A stretch of 63,867 nt of DNA, filler included, from Guillardia theta CCMP2712 (lineage: Eukaryota > Protista > Cryptophyta), in NCBI RefSeq assembly GCF_000315625.1. It is 3 parts of 3 records of this genome, joined end to end, with 100 filler letters (N's around TTAATTAATTAA, not from the genome) between each part and the next. Parts side by side here need not be neighbours in the genome. Positions count along the whole stretch, not along the records: positions 39,741 to 63,867 come from NW_005434371.1; 2 more parts are not named here. One strand, given 5' to 3'. Below are positions 50,241 through 63,867 of the stretch, in pieces. The position numbers and the translations under genes are program-made. A model generated the notes under the pieces. It had not been told where the DNA came from. It searched no databases and worked only from the letters and a program-made list of their open reading frames with translations. The first letter of the stretch is position 1. Every line of letters starts with the position of its first letter.

Positions 50241-50383
50241 GAAAAGTTACCAGCACAAGTTTTTGGTAGTGATGCCTAGATTGTGCTGATAACTTTTCAA
50301 ATATCGTGTGATAGATAGATTGTACTGAAAATTTTCCAGCACAATTCGAGTGATAGCTAGATTGTGCTGTAAATGTTTTAGAG
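50241..50383. repeat. Iteron-like cluster: three 20-bp GTGAT..[C/A]TAGATTGT[G/A]CTG units plus an 18-bp inverted repeat
   Basis: Units at 50269, 50308 and 50350. GAAAAGTTACCAGCACAA (50241-50258) is inverted to TTGTGCTGATAACTTTTC (50281-50298). Confidence 0.8.
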
Positions 50384-51156
50384 TGACGGCTGAGGGGGGA
50401 CTATATGAATGAACCTCTTTCGCAAACTCGACCCAAGGCACGCAGATGACAGACGCCTTTGAAAACTTTTGAAGGCATGATCATCTGAACAGCAAGGATG
50501 TTGACATAGGACGGGAGTTGCATCAAGTGTGTTGCTGGAAAACAGGCGCCATGCACGGTTGAATGACCTTGCCAATTGGTGTACGGAGGGGGAATGCAAA
50601 GATTTGGATAAAGATATACGTCGGGAGCTCTACTTCATTCACATTGAGAAGATTATCTATTGCCGGCTGTATGGATCAACGGAGGAGCTCGAGACTGCTC
50701 TCACTGTGGCACGTAAGTATGCTCGCATCTATGCAGGTGTTGACAAACTGGACCTAGACATGCTCATGTGTCTCTTTCCCGATGCTCATGTAGGATACTG
50801 AGTTTCTCGTTCCATCAAGGGTTTGCGTCTTCCAAGCACGAGACAGCCTCTCGCGTCCGGGCCCCCGGGGCCGGGCTGATCGCCGTCCAAGTGCAGCAGG
50901 ATCACCAACTCAAGTACCAACCGATCTCAACCTCCCCGCTCTAGCCATGGAAGTGCAATCCATGATCGACGCGGAGCACGCGTCCATATTCCCTTCATGC
51001 GCCTCTCATCGCAAATGGACATCTCCACCGTCTAGACCTGCCCAGGACACGCCGACGGCCCTCTGCTTCCCTAGTCAGTTGCCCCTTGCCAGCGCTACCA
51101 TGCGACCCCTGCAAGGCAGTCATCCAGCTACACTGCTTCATCATGTCCGCACCTGA

Positions 51157-51996
51157 TCAGCTCCTTGCCTGCTTGTACCTGCTGCTCCCTCCCCCGCATC
51201 CCTTGCATACCGATCGCTGCTGTCCGTGCTCGCATATGCTGCTGCCCCCGCATCCCTTGCATTTCGATCGGACCCGCCCGTGCTCGCATATGCTCCCGCC
51301 CCCGCAGTCCTTGCATTGCGATCGGACCCGCCCGTGCTCGCATATGCTGCTGCCCCCGCATCCCTTGCATACCGACCGGACCCGCCCGTGCTCGCATATG
51401 CTGCTGCCCCCGCATCCCTTGCACCTCGATCGCTCTCGCCCGTGCTCGCATATGCTGCTGCCCCCGCATCCCTTGCATACCGACCGGACCCGCCCGTGCT
51501 CGCATATGCTCCCGCCCCCGCATCCCTTGCATACCGATCGCTGCTGTCCGTGCTCGCATATGCTGCTGCCCCCGCATCCCTTGCACCTCGACCGGACCCG
51601 CCCGTGCTCGCATATGCTGCTGCCCCCGCATCCCTTGCATACCGACCGGACCCGCCCGTGCTCGCATATGCTCCCGCCCCCGCATCCCTTGCATACCGAT
51701 CGCTGCCGCCCGTGCTCGCATATGCTGCTGCCCCCGCATCCCTTGCACCTCGACCGGACCCGCCCGTGCTCGCATATGCTGCTGCCCCCGCATCCCTTGC
51801 ATACCGACCGGACCCGCCCGTGCTCGCATACACCCCTTCCTTTCCTTCTCTTCTCTATGTCTCCATCGACCATACCTTCCTCTTCTCGTTCCTCTCTCGT
51901 CTTGCCTGATCCCTCCAGCCTCCTCCTCTTGCTCGACCTGCCGCTGCCGTCTACCGTCATGGCTTTCCACCTGTGCTCAGACTTCATCCCCCTCAT
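51157..51996 (-). CDS. Cys/His-rich repeat protein, 12 x 18-aa CEHG.xRSxCK.CGG.SI zinc-finger-like repeats
   Basis: 54-bp tandem coding repeat with invariant C-x-H-x6-C-x2-C spacing. Confidence 0.75.
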   Translation of the reverse strand: MRGMKSEHRWKAMTVDGSGRSSKRRRLEGSGKTREEREEEGMVDGDIEKRRKGRGVCEHGRVRSVCKGCGGSSICEHGRVRSRCKGCGGSSICEHGRQRSVCKGCGGGSICEHGRVRSVCKGCGGSSICEHGRVRSRCKGCGGSSICEHGQQRSVCKGCGGGSICEHGRVRSVCKGCGGSSICEHGRERSRCKGCGGSSICEHGRVRSVCKGCGGSSICEHGRVRSQCKDCGGGSICEHGRVRSKCKGCGGSSICEHGQQRSVCKGCGGGSSRYKQARS

Positions 51997-52122
51997 ACGC
52001 CATCCTCGGTCAATGAATGAGCGGGGACGAGGGGGCCCTCCCTGAAGGGTCGTGCATGCTCAGCGAGCTGGCGGCTTTCAAGGAGAAGGAGAAGGGGAGG
52101 AGCGTCAGACAGGCGGTGAGAC

Positions 52123-52313
52123 CTGCAGCCGCTCTTACCTCGATGCCATGTCATGCTGACCTGCAGCCGCCGCTCTTACCTTGATGCCATGTCATGCTGG
52201 CCTGCAGCCGCTCTTACCTTGATGCCATGTCATGCTGGCCTGCAGCCGCTCTTACCTTGATGCCATGTCATGCTGACCTGTAGCCGCTCTTACCTCGATG
52301 CCATGTCATGCTG
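52123..52313. repeat. 38-bp tandem repeat CTGCAGCCGCTCTTACCT(C/T)GATGCCATGTCATGCTG(A/G)C, 5 copies
   Basis: Seen directly in the sequence; no spacers. Confidence 0.9.
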
Positions 52314-53161
52314 GCGAGTTGTAACGCGTTTCTGCAGAACGATTGCTGGTACTCGGGGATTGGAGGACTAGCAGAATTCTTTTAAGAGACCTCTCCGAGG
52401 CTCAATCACAGCTTCAAGGTGAGCCCCCTTACCGCCCAAGTGATCCAACTTTTTGACTTCTTGTGAAGAAGATGATCAATCGTCTCTTTCCTGGAGCTCA
52501 ACGAACGCAAATGCTCTGATCTTTTCCTGACTGGTCCGTCGAGCTCTGTGCAAGTCGTTGATGTCTGATTTTTTAAAATCCCAGGATGTATCCAGAAAAG
52601 CATAAGAGCTTCATTCAGCAGGTAGATGTTGTTGCAAGGGAATATGCTTGGTTTGCTTACCATCATCAAGGTGGAGAATGGCGATTACTCAGGATCTACC
52701 GGCGACTCGTCAACCGATCCAGAGACATCAAAAGATTCTTGTGTTTCTGCACCCGTTGTCTTTCTTTAAGCTTGGACGCTTTGAAGATCATCTCAATCAG
52801 AGCTTCTCTCCTTGGTTTTGACGTTGCCGTCGATTACTCCGAATGATTGTGTCTAGGGAAAGTGCTTGTCCGTTTTTGCATCCTGTTCACGTGAGATGGA
52901 GTTATATCGACATGACGAGAATAATAAATCCTCTATGACAAAGCTTGATACTTGATGATTTCTCTCGACAGAGACAGAATTTCTCATGAGAAGCCTGAGG
53001 CAGTCGCCTTCATGCTGTACTCCTCATCATACCTCCTCTATTGCTGTGACCGTGACCGGGTGGCACATCGGGCCCGCCGGCCATCGGACTCCCGGTCATC
53101 GGATAAAAAGCTTACGGTCATCAGTATCGTCAGGGATACGTTGAGTCGCCCAGTACCAGGC

Positions 53162-54237
53162 ATGGCTGGCAGGCGCCTGTTGCACGTTGGGCTCCTGATC
53201 GCTGCCATAGAGACATGCAGGGGCTGGTCAGCACCGCAGCCTCTCAGAGCTCACGCTGGATCCCCTCCTCGTCACCGATGCCTCCTCCCTCGCGTCTCCA
53301 TGTCAACAGAGCCGAACAGCAACCTGGCTCTCGACCGACGATCACTGCTGGCGCTTGGGATCTCACTTGCTTTCCTGCCTGGAAAGCTGCAAGCTGCCAT
53401 CCCCTCGCAGGAAGAATACAACGTGGGAAGCGGAACAGTGGTCAGAGCCAAACAATCAAACAGGGAGGTTAGGAAGGAATTCAAAGCCCCACCTGCTTCA
53501 AAGGAAGAGGCCGTGGAAACGCTGAAGGATGCAGAACGCCTGGTCGATTCTCTGAGCGAGTATGCAAAGAACATGGCATGGGATGATGTAGGACTGGATT
53601 GTCTGTAGAATTCTTTGATTGACGGCCTCACAGATTCGGGCAGAAATGCTGACTGCACCCCTTGCAAACCAGAAGTTCTCAAAGCCTGACAGACCAGCCA
53701 TCTTGTTCTTGTCTTTCTTCGGGTAAGAAATGTCTGGCGATCGAACCTGCACCTCATCTCATGATACCATTTCAGCTTCAAGTCGGAGAAGGAGTTGATG
53801 ACGGTCATGAAAATCGACAAGAAAGCAGCCACTAGGATCGAGAAACTAAGGTCTTGTGCTACCCCAGGTTGATTCACTCGTGTGAATTTCTCTACAGGAA
53901 GGATGCTTCTCTTACCTTGATGGAGCTCGCTGAATTTGCATTCACAAATCGTGTTGTATTCTTTAATGAGGAGGACAAGAGGTGATTGTTGGCACTCACA
54001 TGCCATGTGACCCTCCCTCTGAGCTCGCAATGTCTCGAGGGACGTTTGATCGCAAAGGACTAATTCATTGATAGGACTGTAGCTGAACTTTCTGAAAAGA
54101 ACTTGCAAGTCGATCTCGACGAGGCTCTCCGACTCATTCAAGATTCGAAGGTGAGATGTTCATCAGCAACCTATCTGTCTCACACGCTTCGTCAGGAGCG
54201 AATCCAAGAAATCATTCAATCTCTTTCTGCTGCTTAA
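53162..54237 (+). CDS. Probable plastid thylakoid-lumen protein (PsbQ-like?), multi-exon
   Basis: Signal peptide MAGRRLLHVGLLIAAIETCRG|W, Ser/Pro/Arg-rich transit region, then twin-arginine DRRSLLALG..LQA. Helical mature part with short introns. Confidence 0.55.
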
Positions 54238-54329
54238 TTTTTACACGTTGAGGGATGAAGAACTTAATATTCAAGTGAGATTCTGCACGGCGAAATAACC
54301 ATTCATAAGAGCTACAGCAACAAACGTTA

Positions 54330-55039
54330 GTTAGGCTTTCTTGACCTCTCGTAGCGTCTAACCTGCGAATCGTCTTGAAGGCTCGCTATCCAAACATCGT
54401 TGGGCATTCTGTCGCTCTTGTAGCTTATATTGGATAAATTTACATGGTCGTCAAACGGACTCGCGTCCTTTGTTGCTGATGGAGTGATCAGCGTCAACAG
54501 CATGCCAGGAAAGCGAGAGGAGATTTACCTACTATGCGACTTACTCCATTACTTCTTGGACTGTAATATTGTTGTTGTGAACTTCTCCTCCTCAACAACA
54601 TCACTTCGTTCAATAAGTTACAGGTTTCCTGGTCGAGCTTCTCATATGCTATATCGAAAGGCAGCTTTCCAGCTTTGTTGACGCAGTGTACACTTGCGCC
54701 GTGGGTTAACAGGTGTTTCACACATTCCTTTGACCCTTGTGAACACGCCTTGTGCAGAGCCGTGTTTCCGTATTCATCTGCAGCGTTGAACCATCACTGC
54801 CACTGCCAGAGAGCTACTTGCATCTCAGTCTTACCTGCCCAATTCAGGTCCAGCAGTTCGTCGCGGTCCAGGAGCAGGCAATGAAGAGTTTTCGAGTCTC
54901 CAGCAGCGGCAGCTCTGTGCAAGGAGAAGCAGACTTTCCTTCGCTTCGTCTCTTCCTCTGTCATGCTCGAAGTCTCTCTCTGCATCGACCCGCCGCCGCC
55001 ACCACCACCACCACACGAACTCGGACAAGCATTGCCCAT
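54330..55039 (-). CDS. Ankyrin-repeat protein (multi-exon, 3' limit approximate)
   Basis: LHRAAAAGD..TLHCLL and DEYGNTALHKACSQGSKECVKHLLTHGASVHCVNKAGKLPFDIA. Confidence 0.8.
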
Positions 55040-55629
55040 TCCGATCCGTGTCCTGCTACGTAGGGTGGGGTAGTATATTTTATATTCAGATACGGGTATT
55101 TGTTATGTATCATTAGGTGGTAGGGGTACTTTAAGTACCGGTAGTACATCGGAGTATGTCATGTTTTTTACTAAACAATTTTACTCATCACAGGTTTAGT
55201 CAACAGTTCAGGTGTATGGTAGCGTCGGGGGTAGTGGCATGATAAAATGGGGGTAGCCTTCAAGGGGGGTGGTGACGGTACCCCTTCAGATGCATCTGGC
55301 ATGGCGCCCCAGCCAAGAGCAGAGGAAAGAGCAGATCAGATGCGAGATGAGCGAGAAACGACGAGCATGGAAGGGAGGAGTATCAGGAGCAAGATGGATA
55401 GCGCTAGCAATAATGAGATCGAGAGCAGTAACAAGAGCGATAGGGGAAGCAAACTCTAGAGCCATGTGAAAGAAGAGCACAAGAGTTTGTTTTGGGAACA
55501 AAGAATCACGAGGTGGGATAGAGAGCAAGAGCTGGAGGTGAAACGAGGAGGACAGGGAGGAGAACAGTGACAAGCTTCGAGAGATGATGCAAGTCTGAAA
55601 CATTTTGGCAGGGATTTCTTTCCCCCGAG

Positions 55630-58056
55630 ATGAGCAGCAACGAGCATCCTGCTCTGAAGGATATTCCCTTCCTCGATGTCGAGAACGTGGAGCGATACCT
55701 GCGGAGAAGTGAAGTAGGGGACTACCTCGTGTACCGTGCGAAAGAAGATGCCCCGATGGCAGGCGGCAAGTTTCTGCCCATCTGTGTCTCCTATGTGGAC
55801 GACAGTTATCGGCACCTACACAACAAGATCTTCATGTGCTTGAACGGAGCAGACAACTGGGCCTCCATGGACGGGTGGTTGACGATTCATCCCGAGCCAT
55901 GGTCCGTGCAAGACCCGTCGGAATTGCTACTAGGGAATCAGATTTATCCCGAGCTAGCCACGCTTGCAGATGTCCTGCCGGAGCTAGTCCGACGCATCGA
56001 CTTGTCCGTTGCACCCAAGGCAGAGCAGCAAGTAGCCATCGCAAGCGAGCCCAGGGAGAGAGCAGCCGATGTTCTTGATCTTGCTGTGCCGGATGTTGAG
56101 ACTGAGGTGGAGTGGATGGGCAGCCCAGACGATCAGGCGTTCTTTGAGCTGTTGAAGTTGTTCAAGTTCTCGCTGTCGACCTCCATATTGGCGATCGCAT
56201 CGAGGTATGGAGGTGAGATTCCAGGGCTGATGCGCATACAAATCTCTCACAAGAGACTGCGGAGCATGATTGAAGAGGCTGCTAACCGAGAGATCGCCGT
56301 CAACTTTCCGGGAAGCTACCTCGAGCCCGAGTCCCAGTGTGTCGTCATCTGGCTTGTCTGTACGGAACTCACCGGACAGAAGTTCCTGCAGGCTTCTGTC
56401 GGCACCCAGCTTCGCAAATTTCTCACGATTGCCGAGGAGTTCGAGGTGAACGCGCAGGGTAAGATCAAGATATCATCTGCAGCAGCGCACATCATGGCAG
56501 CAGCTAGGCTGATAGGAAAGTCGCTGCTAGAGACTGTCAACACGTTCCCCCTGTGCTGTGCTCAAATCCTCTTCACCATTGACAGGACTGTGATGAAGAA
56601 GATCGGGTCAAAGGAGGTGGAGAAAGTGTCAACATTCTTGTTCGAGCGATTCGTCCTTGAAGCTATTCTCACTCCTGCCGTTTTTGGGATTTCAAAGGCG
56701 GACATATCTGACGTGCAGAAGCAAGCGTTGGATGCCCTGTACAAGCTCCTCAAGTTGTCCTCTAAAGCCAAAGATCCTCCGTCCATGACTGAATTCCGCG
56801 CCCTCGATTCTGTCATGCCTGCTGTGCCCGAGTGTCGAGAGATGCTGCGGAGCTTCTACCAGTCTGTGATCAGCATAGGATCCCCAGGGGCTCGCGTTCT
56901 TCCTGTATCCTCCTCCAATGGAGGGGTTCGCTTCAGCAGCATCGACGTTGACGTCCTCCTCAAGTTTCTGCGGGAGCACTACGTGGAGACCTTTGACGCG
57001 ATCTCCTATATCGAGTCGCAGGCAGAGGCGACTGAGATCTGCTCCAGGCTGCAGCCCATGCTCTTCAAGCCCTCCGAGAAGGTTCCGGAGCTCCCGATCG
57101 GCAAGACGGTGGAGGCTCCGCACCCTGTCGACCTGACCAACGCTGCGTTCCTCGGAGAGATCGCCGTTGGCGACGTGCGAGTCGGCGACATTAGAAACGA
57201 GGAGACGCTCGGTCCTGCCATTCGCCGTGCGCTCGAGAGATCTGTAGAGCGTCCGGAAGCGGGAGCGGGAGCGGGAGCGGGAGCAGGAGCAGGAGCAGGA
57301 GCAGGAGTGTCGAACGAGATGGAGAAGGCTGGTGTGGGTCTGATCTTCCGCAAAGACAACTACGGACTCTTCCACGTGCTCACCATCGCGCAGGACGGGC
57401 CGGCGGATCGCAGTGGAGTGGTGGAGGTGGGAGACATCCTGGTGGAAGTGAACGGGAGCGAAGTGGTTGGCATGAGCCTGAGCCAGCTCAAGTCGCTGAT
57501 CCTCGGGCCTGCCGGGTCGCCGGTGAAGCTAGTCTTCGAGAGGCCACAGAGCTCGTCGCTGTTCCGGTTCGAGCTCTGCCTCTTCCGCGGGAACTTCCGG
57601 GGGTCAGACTCGAAGTCCATCGGGTTCCCCATCCACCTGCAGAAGGCGAACCAGGAGAGCAGAATCTGGCACGAGATGTCCAGGGTGTTCGCGGAGATCG
57701 AAGAGCTGCAGCAGAGGAGGTCGCGAGCTGAGAAGGCGTTCCATGCTGCCGAGCAGCTCCGACAGCAGCAGGAGGCGGCGGCCGTGGACTCAGAGGAGAG
57801 GTGCGACAGGATGCGCAAGGATATTGCGGTGCTGGAGGAGAAGCTGGCGCAGATCCAGGGGGAGAGGAAGGAGCTTCAGGTTTCTATCGCCAAGGAGAAC
57901 CTCCTGCTCGAGAAGCGCAAGTCTGGCCTGTCTCTTCCCTCCTTCTCGAGGCGGGACAGCAACAGCGAGAAGGCGATCTCTAGCCAGGAGGAGAAAGGGG
58001 AGGAGGGGCTGCAGTTGCCGGACTCCATCCAAGTCCCTTCCTGCCAGCAGCAGTGA
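55630..58056 (+). CDS. 808-aa protein with PDZ domain, RasGAP-like central region, SH2-like N-terminus and C-terminal coiled coil
   Basis: PDZ: GVGLIF...DGPADRSG.VEVGDILVEVNG....G.SL..L..LILGPAGSPVKL. RasGAP-like: FLFERFVLEAILTPAVFGI. SH2-like: YLRRSEVGDYLVYR...VSY...H..I. Confidence 0.75.
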   Translation: MSSNEHPALKDIPFLDVENVERYLRRSEVGDYLVYRAKEDAPMAGGKFLPICVSYVDDSYRHLHNKIFMCLNGADNWASMDGWLTIHPEPWSVQDPSELLLGNQIYPELATLADVLPELVRRIDLSVAPKAEQQVAIASEPRERAADVLDLAVPDVETEVEWMGSPDDQAFFELLKLFKFSLSTSILAIASRYGGEIPGLMRIQISHKRLRSMIEEAANREIAVNFPGSYLEPESQCVVIWLVCTELTGQKFLQASVGTQLRKFLTIAEEFEVNAQGKIKISSAAAHIMAAARLIGKSLLETVNTFPLCCAQILFTIDRTVMKKIGSKEVEKVSTFLFERFVLEAILTPAVFGISKADISDVQKQALDALYKLLKLSSKAKDPPSMTEFRALDSVMPAVPECREMLRSFYQSVISIGSPGARVLPVSSSNGGVRFSSIDVDVLLKFLREHYVETFDAISYIESQAEATEICSRLQPMLFKPSEKVPELPIGKTVEAPHPVDLTNAAFLGEIAVGDVRVGDIRNEETLGPAIRRALERSVERPEAGAGAGAGAGAGAGAGVSNEMEKAGVGLIFRKDNYGLFHVLTIAQDGPADRSGVVEVGDILVEVNGSEVVGMSLSQLKSLILGPAGSPVKLVFERPQSSSLFRFELCLFRGNFRGSDSKSIGFPIHLQKANQESRIWHEMSRVFAEIEELQQRRSRAEKAFHAAEQLRQQQEAAAVDSEERCDRMRKDIAVLEEKLAQIQGERKELQVSIAKENLLLEKRKSGLSLPSFSRRDSNSEKAISSQEEKGEEGLQLPDSIQVPSCQQQ

Positions 58057-58173
58057 AGCTGGGAGACCCTCTCCTGATGATAGAGAGCTAGAGGAGAAGC
58101 AGGGCGGAGAGAGGAGGAGGAGGGGGAGCTGTAAACTAAGCGCAGCTGCTGGGAGTAGACGAGAGCTTTGCTT

Positions 58174-63783
<5,610 letters not shown>

Positions 63784-63796
63784 TCCATCATCATCA

Positions 63797-63849
<53 letters not shown>

Positions 63850-63867
63850 ATCATCATCGTCATCATC

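Noticed and set aside
51086-52045. Five alternative repeat ORFs overlapping the CEHG gene
   Set aside because: The stop-free 54-bp repeat opens all frames; only the Cys/His frame has a coherent motif.
52123-52313. 38-bp repeat array as a CRISPR array
   Set aside because: Head-to-tail minisatellite without spacers.

Overview
This is eukaryotic nuclear DNA with spliceosomal introns, microsatellite-rich introns and assembly gaps. Its style and gene content suggest a cryptophyte alga such as Guillardia theta (inference). Recognisable host genes are CNOT1/NOT1 (25.3-33.1 kb), COQ9, an AI-2E/PerM-type transporter, an RWP-RK transcription factor, EF-hand, cNMP-binding and ankyrin proteins, a probable thylakoid-lumen protein, and an EF-hand/ADP-ribosyltransferase. 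There is also an SH2-like/RasGAP-like/PDZ protein and, at the right end, a CrtI phytoene desaturase fused in frame to a fungal/archaeal-type (CrtYc/d) lycopene cyclase. The left accessory block holds a decayed RLE-type non-LTR retroelement and a Crinkler/RHS-like repeat + NTPase + PD-(D/E)XK gene with a 28-bp tandem array. The most striking structure is a ~4.3-kb imperfect palindrome (44659-48922) carrying two near-identical, intronless, head-to-head archaeo-eukaryotic primase (AEP) genes. Its spacer contains a ~70-nt hairpin and a 21-bp perfect inverted repeat, and the hairpin core recurs in an iteron-like array at ~50.3 kb. This is a candidate primase-encoding fold-back mobile or replicon element. 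Exon boundaries of multi-exon genes were read by eye and are approximate.
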